Shown here: piece after piece, positions 1 through 10,231 of the stretch
How the letters are laid out: each line of letters begins with the position of its first letter
Numbering within the stretch: position 1 is the stretch's first letter
Virus record (IMG/VR): IMGVR_UViG_3300020430_000007
Strand: one strand, 5' to 3'
DNA length: 64,000 nucleotides
DNA from: a virus
Program-made: the position numbers and the translations under genes
Notes under the pieces: generated by a model
The model's input: the letters and a program-made list of their open reading frames with translations, nothing else
Databases searched by the model: none
Told to the model about the DNA's origin: nothing

Positions 1-1
1 T

Positions 2-3000
2 AAAGGTATAAGTTATAGTCAAGAAAAAACAAGTGTTAGAGCAAGAACGCCAGGATCTAGTGCAATTTTTTCAGGCAATATTAAAGAGTGGACTGTTAAT
101 CAAGTTGAGAAATTAGCAAAATATGGTGATGTAAAAAATGATGATGGATTTTTTGAAAATATTAAAGTTGCTTCACTAGGCAACCCTTATGTCAATTATT
201 ACGTACCAAGAAACTTAAGATCATATCTAGGAGATGACGGAACAACACACTCTCCAATTATAGGGTGGGCATATGATGGACATCCTATCTACGGTCCTGT
301 TGGAATTGTTAATGGAACTTTAAAAATATTAGATTCTAGTTATTCTAAACTTTCAGGTACAGAGAGACCTAATGGACCTCCACTCAACATTTATCCTGCA
401 GGATTTTTCTGTGAAGATTTTACCTTTATCGAGGGTTATGGTGATTTAGATGAGCATAACGGTAGATTTGCTGTTACTCCAGATTTTCCAAATGGAATTT
501 ATGCTTATTACGCAACGGTAGATAAAATTGCCACTCAAAATCCATTAGATCCCTTTGATGGTATAAGAAGACCAATTTTTCCCTATGTTATTGGTGATTC
601 TTACCATTCATCTCCAATTGAATTTAATCTATCTCTAAACTCTATACAAGACATAGATTTCAATAAAACTAACTTCATAAGAAACACCGACCCTCATAAT
701 ATCAATGAGTACGAGTTTGTCACAAATTCTAATAAAAATACATTTACAAATTCAAAAATACTTTCTATAAAATCAAATTCTTTAGATAACATATCGATAA
801 TTGAATCTGGTAGAGAATACAATGTAGGAGATACTCTTACTTTTGATAATAAGAATACAGAAGGTTTTGGTGCTATCGGAAAAGTTGTTGAGGTTACAGG
901 TCCTACAATATCAACTATTACGTCAACAATAACTGATTTTGAAAATGTTACCTTCTTCACCTCTAGTAATTTTGTTACTGGTGTCACAACATTACCTCAC
1001 AATTTATCAAACAATACTTTTGGAGAGGTATTAGGCACACCAACAGCATTGTTGTCAACACCAAAAATAAAAGTAGAATCTATTCGTTCTATACTTACAG
1101 ATCCAATGTTGTCTGTTGGTCTGACAACAGACGTTTCGTTTAGTGATAGATTTTCGACTAAAAAATTTGGTATCAATGATATTATTAAAATTGATGATGA
1201 ACAACTTAAGGTTTTTGGATTTAATTCTTTATCAAACAAATACAAATTATTGAGAGCACAAAATGGCACTGTATCTGCTGCACATACTTTTGGATCAATC
1301 ATAGAAAGACAAGAGAGAAAATTTACATTTCCCCTCCCAAATAATTTTAAGGATGTTGTAAAAGAAAATTTCACCAGATTTTTTGATGCGACTAGTGTTG
1401 TAGGTGTTGGATTGACATTTGGTGTGGGTGTGGGTGTAACTATATCAATCGATAATGTAGATAGATTTATTCCAACAAGAAGTATTTTTATAGAAAATAA
1501 TGATTTTTCACACGGTGAGAAATTGCTTTATAGTGCTGGTGCAGGAACATCATTAACGTATCAAACTGATGCGATGAAGCGTGTCAATACCAACTTTAAA
1601 AGTCCTCTGCCACCAGAGGTGTTTGTTCAAAAAATAGACAATAATCTTATTGGAATAGTCACCACAAGAACTGGTATTGGATCTGATTTAGATAGAGTTA
1701 TGTTTGATACCACTACAGGTATAGGAAACACACATAATTTTACAACTACAAGAGGAGAAGTAAAAGGAACATTTAGAGTTGTTGATGTACAAGCAACCAC
1801 TGTAGGGGTACATAGCATGAGACCAAACGACAAAATTAATTTGTCTATTGTCTCTTCAGGAACTAGTGTCGTTACTGCAACATATGATTCTGGAACAAGG
1901 TTTGTAAGTATAGGATCTACAAATAACCCACCTTTATCAGTGACTATTGGTGACACCTTAATTATCAATACTGATGATGGATCTATGTTAGATACAAAAT
2001 TGAAGTTCTTTTTAGATCAAGAATATAAAAAACCATTTGTAGGATCAGGTGTTTCTGCTGTTGAGATAAGAGAAAATTCAATACCTGGCAACTTAGCAGG
2101 ATTGACATCTATCACATTTACACCTCAAGTTCCAGATATATTATACTATAAGTTTGTCCCTGTTGGAACTGGCATAAACTCAAAAGTAATAGAGGTAGAT
2201 GAAGACGTTGTTGATTACTCTAAAATTGTTGTAAACACAAGTAAATTTGCTGGTAAACATTCTATTACAACCACTGGTAGTAATACATTCAATTATAATA
2301 TCGCAAGCGTACCAGAAAAAGTAGGATATTCATCTTCATCTGAACTAAAATACACCATAGATTCAAAAACTCAACGAGGTGGAGTAGGAAGAATTTTACT
2401 ATCATCTGGTGGCACAGGTTATAAAGATATACCAGAGGTTTCTGTCGCATCAACCACAGGTAGATCTGCCTCTGTAAAAGCGATTGGAGAAAAAATTGGT
2501 GAAATTAATAATGTTCAAATAGTTGATTTTGGATTTGACTATCCGTCAGACAATACATTGAGACCTGAGGCAGAGGTCGCTCAAATTATATCATTGAAAG
2601 ATAATTTTAGTGTAACAAGTGTTGGTATCACATCTGTTGGATCAAAGTACTTAACTCCTCCTAATTTTGTTGTATATAATAGAAAAACAAATACTATATC
2701 TGAAGAGTCTCAATTTTTTGCAGAATTAGACGGTGGTGGTGTTGGTAAAGTTACCATAGTCAATGGTGGTAATAACTTGAGTAGTTCCGATAATGAATTG
2801 ATCGCTGTTGACAATACCAATGGGGTAGGAATTATCTCTGCATCTTACTCAAATCCTAATGTAACACTTAGATTACAAACTCCTATTGGTGGTTTTACAA
2901 CATCATTACCCATGCCCTTCAACGTAGGTGATAGAGTTTTTGTTGAAAATGTAGGGGTAAGCTCAGGACAAGGTTATAATTCTGAAGATCATAATTTTGA

Positions 3001-4945
3001 ATTTTTTACCCTTACTGGAGTGACCACTGCGTTTGGTTTGGTAGATCAAGCAACAATTACATATTCAATAGACAAAGATCCTGGTTTTCATGATTTTGAA
3101 AAATTTGGAACAGTATCTAATGAAAAAAATATTGCTAAATTTACATTAAACTTATCAGAAGGTATTTTTAATAATAATGAAAAAGTTTTTACCTCCTCAG
3201 GTGCAAAAGCGAGAATTATTTCTGGCGACGGAAAAACTAGAAATGTTTTACGAGTTGACAATATTGTAGGACTCAATACTGGTGATAAACTTACAGGTGA
3301 GTTGTCACGTGCTAGTGGAACAATAGAATCTTTGGCATCGTATACTGGACATTTTAAGTTAGATAGTTCTGTCAATAAGAGTTTTGGTTGGGAAAATGAT
3401 ACAGGAAAACTAAGTGATTTTTATCAGAGAGTGCAAGATAATGACTACTATCAAAATTTTTCATACTCCTTAAAAAGTAAAGTTGGAGTTTCTAGTTGGA
3501 GTGAACCAGTTGACTCGCTATCTCATATCGCTGGATTTAAGAAACACTCTGATTTACTTATTCCTTCCATTGCTGGAGTCGGTGCAAGTGTGGTTGGTAT
3601 TAGTTCTCAAGCAGGTGGTGTAATCCTATTGGATTCTGTTATTGATATGGAAAAAAGAGATCAGTTTGATCTTGTCTCAGAAAATACTGATATCAAGGCA
3701 AAAAGCAGTAGTGAAATTAATTTCAATTCTAAGAGATTTGGACAAGCAATACAATGTAAAGGTAATAGGGTGTTAGATTTAGATGATATCTCAGAGCAAT
3801 TTTATTCTGATCCTGATATATTCAGGTCTCTTGAATTAGACGTATTTGACATGACTGAAGTGTCAGCAGTAAAATATTATGCACAGGTTGTTCTTGACAC
3901 ATCTTTAGAAATTACTTTCAACGCAACACAATACACTGAGTTTGTGGTAAGTCATGACGGAAACATAGCATTTTTAAACACGTACTCTGAGTTATCTGAT
4001 GCATTTGATCTAGGTGAGTTTACTGCCACTGCATCTGGAAGTATTTGCAGCGTGTCATTTTCTCCATTCAATACTACGTTTGAATATGACATAACATTCC
4101 ACAAAGAAGTTCTTGGTTCTGCTGTAGGGGTAGGAACAACTGCTTTTGGAATGGTGCAAAAGGTTGGTATGACATCAGCAATTGCTGCATCAGGTTCACC
4201 TGTTGTACAAGTTATAGCAGAGATGGACGGAAGTAAATTCAGATCTGGTAGTGTGATAGTTTCTGCTGGCACAAAGACAGAAAAAGAAATAGATGAGTTT
4301 GCTTTTGTGCTTGCAGGTACAAATAGTATGAATTTTACTAATTTTGGTAAAATGGATGCTGGAACTGATATGGGAACTTTTGTTCTAAATCAGGCAAGTG
4401 GTGTAATTAGATTAGAGTTTACCCCTGCAGCAAATCAAGATGTAACTGTTTCTACATTGTCAACTGTAGTTGGTGTTGCCACCACCGTTGCTGCAAGTGG
4501 ATTCACAACAACCAGATATAGAATTGGTGATACTGAATTAAACTCTCGTAGGACCGAGATATCTGCTGCAGCATCTCCTTCTGCAACAATAATTTCTAAT
4601 CAATCATCTAACAATTATACCTCTATAAGATATACAATCGAGGTTGAAAACACCACTGATAATGCTTATTCATATTATAATGTGGTTGCTAATACATATG
4701 AGGGAAGCATCAATTTTGTAAAATTTAATAATGTGTCCACTGCATCAGGTATATCAACTATTGGTGCTGATACTAGTGTGCCTAATGATATAAGAGATAT
4801 TCGTGCTACAGAGGTTGTCTCTTCTGGTAATGATACTCAATTGAGATTTACTCCTGCACCAAACAAAGCATATAATGTAAGAGTTGCCGAACTGAGAATC
4901 GACAAACCTGATGCTCTATCAAGTGACCTAACAGTTGGATTCTAA
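2..4945 (+). CDS. Large virion/baseplate structural protein, 5'-truncated by the window edge, with a YHYH-like domain
   Basis: Frame 2 read by hand is open from base 2 to the track ORF 1049..4945. Contains HSPIIGWAYDGHPIYGP...GDLDEHNGRF...YAYY and G/S/T/V-rich beta repeats; lies two genes before gp8. Confidence 0.8.
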   Translation, partial: KGISYSQEKTSVRARTPGSSAIFSGNIKEWTVNQVEKLAKYGDVKNDDGFFENIKVASLGNPYVNYYVPRNLRSYLGDDGTTHSPIIGWAYDGHPIYGPVGIVNGTLKILDSSYSKLSGTERPNGPPLNIYPAGFFCEDFTFIEGYGDLDEHNGRFAVTPDFPNGIYAYYATVDKIATQNPLDPFDGIRRPIFPYVIGDSYHSSPIEFNLSLNSIQDIDFNKTNFIRNTDPHNINEYEFVTNSNKNTFTNSKILSIKSNSLDNISIIESGREYNVGDTLTFDNKNTEGFGAIGKVVEVTGPTISTITSTITDFENVTFFTSSNFVTGVTTLPHNLSNNTFGEVLGTPTALLSTPKIKVESIRSILTDPMLSVGLTTDVSFSDRFSTKKFGINDIIKIDDEQLKVFGFNSLSNKYKLLRAQNGTVSAAHTFGSIIERQERKFTFPLPNNFKDVVKENFTRFFDATSVVGVGLTFGVGVGVTISIDNVDRFIPTRSIFIENNDFSHGEKLLYSAGAGTSLTYQTDAMKRVNTNFKSPLPPEVFVQKIDNNLIGIVTTRTGIGSDLDRVMFDTTTGIGNTHNFTTTRGEVKGTFRVVDVQATTVGVHSMRPNDKINLSIVSSGTSVVTATYDSGTRFVSIGSTNNPPLSVTIGDTLIINTDDGSMLDTKLKFFLDQEYKKPFVGSGVSAVEIRENSIPGNLAGLTSITFTPQVPDILYYKFVPVGTGINSKVIEVDEDVVDYSKIVVNTSKFAGKHSITTTGSNTFNYNIASVPEKVGYSSSSELKYTIDSKTQRGGVGRILLSSGGTGYKDIPEVSVASTTGRSASVKAIGEKIGEINNVQIVDFGFDYPSDNTLRPEAEVAQIISLKDNFSVTSVGITSVGSKYLTPPNFVVYNRKTNTISEESQFFAELDGGGVGKVTIVNGGNNLSSSDNELIAVDNTNGVGIISASYSNPNVTLRLQTPIGGFTTSLPMPFNVGDRVFVENVGVSSGQGYNSEDHNFEFFTLTGVTTAFGLVDQATITYSIDKDPGFHDFEKFGTVSNEKNIAKFTLNLSEGIFNNNEKVFTSSGAKARIISGDGKTRNVLRVDNIVGLNTGDKLTGELSRASGTIESLASYTGHFKLDSSVNKSFGWENDTGKLSDFYQRVQDNDYYQNFSYSLKSKVGVSSWSEPVDSLSHIAGFKKHSDLLIPSIAGVGASVVGISSQAGGVILLDSVIDMEKRDQFDLVSENTDIKAKSSSEINFNSKRFGQAIQCKGNRVLDLDDISEQFYSDPDIFRSLELDVFDMTEVSAVKYYAQVVLDTSLEITFNATQYTEFVVSHDGNIAFLNTYSELSDAFDLGEFTATASGSICSVSFSPFNTTFEYDITFHKEVLGSAVGVGTTAFGMVQKVGMTSAIAASGSPVVQVIAEMDGSKFRSGSVIVSAGTKTEKEIDEFAFVLAGTNSMNFTNFGKMDAGTDMGTFVLNQASGVIRLEFTPAANQDVTVSTLSTVVGVATTVAASGFTTTRYRIGDTELNSRRTEISAAASPSATIISNQSSNNYTSIRYTIEVENTTDNAYSYYNVVANTYEGSINFVKFNNVSTASGISTIGADTSVPNDIRDIRATEVVSSGNDTQLRFTPAPNKAYNVRVAELRIDKPDALSSDLTVGF

Positions 4946-4948
4946 ATA
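4942..4948 (+). promoter_or_regulatory. T4-like late promoter (CTAAATA)
   Basis: Matches the gp55-type late motif, overlapping the stop codon just before the next ATG. Confidence 0.55.
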
Positions 4949-4962
4949 CCTAAAAAACAATA

Positions 4963-7900
4963 ATGTTTCAGTTAGCATCTGTAAATAAACAATTTAACAA
5001 GGCAACAGAAACCTTTAGAAAGTCATTTAATTTGACTCATAGGGGTGAACCTCTTTTTGTTAAAACATTTGATGCTAGTTCTAGTGCCATTGTAGATACA
5101 GATGATAATACCTTTATAATTAATAATCATTTTTTTAGAACAGGAGAACCACTAATATATGATGCCACCAATGGATCTGCGGTTGGTATCCAACATAGTT
5201 TAAATGGTGTGGGTGCAGCAACGACCTTACCAATAAAAGTGTTTGCAATTGAGGTTGGAGAAAATAAATTTAAGGTTGCATCAAGTGCTGCTAACGCTGC
5301 CTCTAATTTACCAATAGGGTTGACAACAGTTGGCATAGGCACAACTCATAGATTTATAGCAGAAAAACAATTATCAAAATGCATTATTTCTCTTGATAAT
5401 GTTATACAAGCACCACTGTATGAAACAGATGGATTCCAAACAGAGTGTATGAACAATGTGATTGGTAGAGAAATTGTATTTAAGAATGTCGGTGGATTCA
5501 AAAAATTTGACTTAATAAGGATAAATGATGAAATAATGAGAATTCAAATAATCGGATTCGGAAATAGTGCAACTAATGTATTAGTAGATCGTGAATGGTT
5601 TGGAACATCACAGTTTGCTCACAATATAGGAGACAGTATTAAGTTGATACGTGGTGACTACAATATTATACAAGATAAAATTCATTTTGCGGATGTTCCT
5701 TTTGGTGGTAGAAGAGATGAGGTGGGTGTATCTTCAGAGACTATAAGTGTGGATACTAATTCATTTACTGTTCTTACTGATTTATTTGAGTCTGGAACAA
5801 AAGTAAAATTAAGAACTTTAGATCCACCTACACCACTAGAAGAAAACAGAGAATACTTCATAATAAAAAATTCTGCAAATAACTTTTCATTCGCAAACGA
5901 TAGAGGTGATGCTTTACTAGGTAATAAAATAAATCTTACAACATCTGGTATTGGCACACACAAATTATTGGTATCAGGAACTGTTGAGGGTAGTTCTTTC
6001 CAAGGGAGGGTATTTACAAGATCAGATTATAATGATAATGTTGTTTTAGATGACATCTCAGAATCATTTACAGGTATAGCAAAAACATTTACTGCAAAAA
6101 GTTCTGGAGTAAACACTACTGGAATATCTACTGATTTTGGTGTCATATTAGTAAACAACATTTTCCAAAGACCGACAATTGACTACAGATTAGATGGCAC
6201 TCCTGCAACAGGTATTACAACTATAACATTTACTGGTAACGAGTCAACCATTCAAACAGAATCATATAGTACATCTGATGTAAACTCAAACAATCTACCA
6301 AGAAAGGGAATTATTACACGTATTGATGAGTGGGAAAAAGGTTATGGATATCAACCTAGAATTGTTGGTGTTGGTTCTGCGATAGTTTCTGCAGCAGGAA
6401 CTGTATCTAACATTGGTCTTGGTTTTACTGGTAGTGGATATAGAAACAACAATGAAACAACCTATAGATTTAAAGTTTTAGGAGGGGGTGCTACCACAAG
6501 TGCTGCTGGAACATTTACAACTGATGTTGGACATATAAAATCTATTGATATAGTTGATTCTGGTTCTGGATACTATCATAAAACAGTATCAAATGCAATT
6601 CATGATATAAATTCAGGTATCATGACAGTTACAACATCTGCCAATCATAATTTAGCAGTAGGTGACAGGGTTGTATTAAGTGGTATTAATATGACTGATG
6701 GATCATCAACATATTCATTCCCATTTCCAGATGAGATTGGTTATCAAGGAGCAAGGGTTGTTGAGATTGTTCCAAGTGTAAGGAAATTTTCTGTAAATGT
6801 TGGTGTTCATACTGTTGCTACAACATACAGCAGTGGTGGTGTTATTAATAAACCAACAGATGTTGTTTTCGACTCACCTATTGGATATGATGATGTTGCA
6901 CTTATTAGTTCTCTGACAGGAATTGGAGCGTCGGTGTCAATAGACGCAAACACGCTCACTCAAATGAAGGGATGGGAACTAACAAATGTTGGTTACGGAT
7001 ATAGTGAGGGTGAGATACTTACGATTAGCAGTGGCATTAATACAGACCCGACTTTACATGAAAAAGGTTTTATAGATGTTGCTAGTGGTGATGAATATAA
7101 AATAGAGCATGCAGATTATAACTCAAATGTAGGTATACTCACTGTTGCCATAGGTATTCATACGTTGACAGTGGGTATGGGAGTTAGTTTGAAAGACAAA
7201 GCTATTGGTTTTACTTGTGCTAAAGACAATTACAGCACTTTACATAAGTATCCAAGATCAACTGATCCTGTGTCAGGAATAAGCACAGAAATTGTAGGTG
7301 TTGCTGGAACAACTATATCTATAAATGTTGGATTACCTCCTGCAAATGAGAGATATGAATATAAATTTGCAGGAGCAGCATTCAAGGAGTCTACATTTAC
7401 AGTCAAGTTCACGATGGATGATGAGTTTGCTGGATGGGTGTTTGGTAAATTGCAAATACTTGATGATTTTTCAAATGAATTTAATGGTAGTAAAACTGTT
7501 TTCACATTGAGAGAAAATTCTGCTGCAATCAGTTTTGAAAAAGATATTGGTAGTCCAGTTATAATTCAAAATAGTCTTCTTATATTCATTGATGATGTGT
7601 TACAAGAACCTGGCAAGTCATACGTATATAATGGTGGTACACAATTAGAGTTTTTAGAGGCACCTAAGGCAGGATCTTCTCTTCAAATTTTATTCTATAA
7701 AGGGACAGACTCTGATGTAGGAACCTTAAGTGCAACACCATCACTCAAGACTGGTGATAAAGTAAATATTGAGAATCAAGATATAAGAGTTGTAAGAGAT
7801 CTTATTACAAGAGACACAATTCAGTCAACACTTTACAAAGGTCCTGGCATAAGTTCTGCTAGAGTTCCACTAAGACCATTGTCATGGAGTAAACAAAGAG

Positions 7901-8667
7901 ATGACTCTTTTGTTGATGGTGTAAAAGTAAGTAAAGCAAGAGAAGACTTACTTTCGTTTATATTTCCTGCTGGACGCATAATCAAAGATATCGCCACCAC
8001 AGATACTGTTCTTTATATTGATACAGGTGTAGCAAGTTTCTTATATTCTGAGGAACCTGATGCATCTAATAGTAGTTGTAGGATTATTGATACTGATAAG
8101 AATAACAGTGGATATGGATCAACAGGATTCCATTTTCCATTAAAAGACATAAGTGGTGTAAGTTTTGTAGGAGATGATGGTATCATCACTGGTGTAGGAA
8201 CTCAAAACAATAAAATAACCTTTGAGTTTACACTCCCTCTAAATTCTCCCTATAGAGAGAATCAATATGGTGGTAAAACATCAACAGCAATTGCAAGTGG
8301 TGATTATTTTATTGTAACTAATTCAAGTGTTGGTTCTGGGGTAACTGCAAAAGATTCTACTGCCTCTACTGTTGTGGGTGTTGCAACAGAATTTTTAGAT
8401 GGTGTATATCAAGTAGCATCTACACCAGTTGCTGTTGGATCAGGTCAAACAATGAGAGTTACTTGTAACATTGAATCTAATCATGGACTTGATTTTACAG
8501 GTCTTAGTTCAGGATCAGGACAATTTTATGGTAATTACAGTTTTTGTAAAATAACCAGTGCTGCTGTTGGTGCTGCTTTCACTTGCAACACTCTTAATGG
8601 TCTTACAGGTATAGCGACTGCACCTCAGGTCATAAGGTCTGAAAGATTGTCGTTAGACTACACATAA
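4963..8667 (+). CDS. Baseplate wedge-associated large structural protein (gp7-like position)
   Basis: 1234 aa with GIGTT/GSGY repeats typical of cyanomyovirus virion proteins; directly upstream of gp8. Confidence 0.7.
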   Translation: MFQLASVNKQFNKATETFRKSFNLTHRGEPLFVKTFDASSSAIVDTDDNTFIINNHFFRTGEPLIYDATNGSAVGIQHSLNGVGAATTLPIKVFAIEVGENKFKVASSAANAASNLPIGLTTVGIGTTHRFIAEKQLSKCIISLDNVIQAPLYETDGFQTECMNNVIGREIVFKNVGGFKKFDLIRINDEIMRIQIIGFGNSATNVLVDREWFGTSQFAHNIGDSIKLIRGDYNIIQDKIHFADVPFGGRRDEVGVSSETISVDTNSFTVLTDLFESGTKVKLRTLDPPTPLEENREYFIIKNSANNFSFANDRGDALLGNKINLTTSGIGTHKLLVSGTVEGSSFQGRVFTRSDYNDNVVLDDISESFTGIAKTFTAKSSGVNTTGISTDFGVILVNNIFQRPTIDYRLDGTPATGITTITFTGNESTIQTESYSTSDVNSNNLPRKGIITRIDEWEKGYGYQPRIVGVGSAIVSAAGTVSNIGLGFTGSGYRNNNETTYRFKVLGGGATTSAAGTFTTDVGHIKSIDIVDSGSGYYHKTVSNAIHDINSGIMTVTTSANHNLAVGDRVVLSGINMTDGSSTYSFPFPDEIGYQGARVVEIVPSVRKFSVNVGVHTVATTYSSGGVINKPTDVVFDSPIGYDDVALISSLTGIGASVSIDANTLTQMKGWELTNVGYGYSEGEILTISSGINTDPTLHEKGFIDVASGDEYKIEHADYNSNVGILTVAIGIHTLTVGMGVSLKDKAIGFTCAKDNYSTLHKYPRSTDPVSGISTEIVGVAGTTISINVGLPPANERYEYKFAGAAFKESTFTVKFTMDDEFAGWVFGKLQILDDFSNEFNGSKTVFTLRENSAAISFEKDIGSPVIIQNSLLIFIDDVLQEPGKSYVYNGGTQLEFLEAPKAGSSLQILFYKGTDSDVGTLSATPSLKTGDKVNIENQDIRVVRDLITRDTIQSTLYKGPGISSARVPLRPLSWSKQRDDSFVDGVKVSKAREDLLSFIFPAGRIIKDIATTDTVLYIDTGVASFLYSEEPDASNSSCRIIDTDKNNSGYGSTGFHFPLKDISGVSFVGDDGIITGVGTQNNKITFEFTLPLNSPYRENQYGGKTSTAIASGDYFIVTNSSVGSGVTAKDSTASTVVGVATEFLDGVYQVASTPVAVGSGQTMRVTCNIESNHGLDFTGLSSGSGQFYGNYSFCKITSAAVGAAFTCNTLNGLTGIATAPQVIRSERLSLDYT

Positions 8668-8670
8668 ATA
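8664..8670 (+). promoter_or_regulatory. Late promoter (ATAAATA)
   Basis: Motif at the gene junction before gp8. Confidence 0.55.
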
Positions 8671-8688
8671 AACAAAAAGTTTTAAATA

Positions 8689-10227
8689 ATGCCAGCCGTC
8701 ATCACGAATCAGATCAGGGTATTGAATGCGTCTAATTTTGTTAGCGGAATTTCGACGACAAACAATAGTTACTATATTTTTATTGGATTACCAAATGCAA
8801 CTGAAGTTGCGTCTGATTGGAATACAAATACTCCATCACCCATAGACAATTTTGATGAGCATGATAATGTCTACGATACGATGATATCTGCAAAAAAAAT
8901 TACATCAAATGATGTTCTTAGAGTTGTCAATAAAGTAAATTGGACAAGTGGAACAATATTTGAGATGTATCGTCATGATTATAGCGTCAATAACTTAAGT
9001 CCACAAACAAGTTCTACAAGTCTTTACAGTGCAAACTATTATGTTATGAATAAAGACTTTAGGGTTTATGTTTGCATATACAATGGATCTGCTCCATCAA
9101 ATAGTGGGCAAGGTATAGTATCACTTGTTGAACCACTACACACTGACTTACAACCCAGATTAGAAAGTGACGGTTATATATGGAAGTATCTTTATACCAT
9201 AAAACCAAGTGAAATCTTAAAATTTGATAGTGCTAACTTTATGCCTACACCAGCAGATTATGCAAATAATCCTGACTGTGCTGATGTAAGAAATGCTGCT
9301 ATAAATGGAAAAATTGAGGTAATAACTATTGAGGACACGACTAATGCTGCCTATCAATTTAACGGCACAAAAAACAATGTTCCAATAAGAGGTGATGGTG
9401 ATGGTGGATTAGCTTCAGTAACATTTTTGAATGGTAAACCATCTTCTGTTCAAGTGACAAATGGTGGTTCTGATTATTCTTTTGCAACTTTAGATTTAGA
9501 CTCAGTTGTTACAGGTGCTGGTGCATCATTCTCTGTTATCATACCACCGCCAGGCGGTCATGGTGCTGACGTATACACAGAGTTAGGGTCAAATAAAGTA
9601 TTGGTTTATTCGAGAATTGAAAATACTGATGTAACTAATCCTGATTTTCCTTCAGGAAATCAATTTGCCAGAATAGGAATTCTTAAAAATCCTATAGAAA
9701 ATGGCAGCACTAATTTATTAACAGCAGCAAGTGTTACAAACACAAAAGCATTACGTGTAACAGGTGCTACTGCAGATAGTTTGTCAGCATCCATAGATGG
9801 TTTAATCACTCAAACTGTGGGAGTTGGATCAACTGCTGTAGGTAAAATTATATCCTATGATAACTCTACTCAAGTATTGAGATATTGGCAAGATAGATCT
9901 CTTGCAACAAATGATTCCAATGGAACACCACCTACCTTTGGATACAAGCTAAATAAATTCAGCAATACACCTGGCACTGGCGGTAGCACTAACGTTGTTG
10001 TAACAACTTCCTCAGGGACAGAAACCGTTGGTATTGACACTGGTTTTGTTGGAGTCTCAACAACAATAAATGCTAAAACTTTTTACTTCGGTCAATCGTT
10101 TACAAACGGAATAGCAGAACCAGAGATAAAAAAACATTCTGGTGATATCATATACATTGATAACAGACCAGAAGTGACAAGAGCCTCAAACCAAAGGGAA
10201 GATATTAAGATCATCTTAGAATTCTGA
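8689..10227 (+). CDS. gp8: Baseplate wedge subunit gp8
   Basis: YYVMNKDFRVYVCIYN, DGYIWKYLYTI and C-terminal GDIIYIDNR...QREDIKIILEF are characteristic of gp8. Confidence 0.9.
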   Translation: MPAVITNQIRVLNASNFVSGISTTNNSYYIFIGLPNATEVASDWNTNTPSPIDNFDEHDNVYDTMISAKKITSNDVLRVVNKVNWTSGTIFEMYRHDYSVNNLSPQTSSTSLYSANYYVMNKDFRVYVCIYNGSAPSNSGQGIVSLVEPLHTDLQPRLESDGYIWKYLYTIKPSEILKFDSANFMPTPADYANNPDCADVRNAAINGKIEVITIEDTTNAAYQFNGTKNNVPIRGDGDGGLASVTFLNGKPSSVQVTNGGSDYSFATLDLDSVVTGAGASFSVIIPPPGGHGADVYTELGSNKVLVYSRIENTDVTNPDFPSGNQFARIGILKNPIENGSTNLLTAASVTNTKALRVTGATADSLSASIDGLITQTVGVGSTAVGKIISYDNSTQVLRYWQDRSLATNDSNGTPPTFGYKLNKFSNTPGTGGSTNVVVTTSSGTETVGIDTGFVGVSTTINAKTFYFGQSFTNGIAEPEIKKHSGDIIYIDNRPEVTRASNQREDIKIILEF

Positions 10228-10231
10228 TACA

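Noticed and set aside
1049-1051. TTG start given by the ORF track
   Set aside because: The frame is open back to base 2, so the gene starts upstream of the window.
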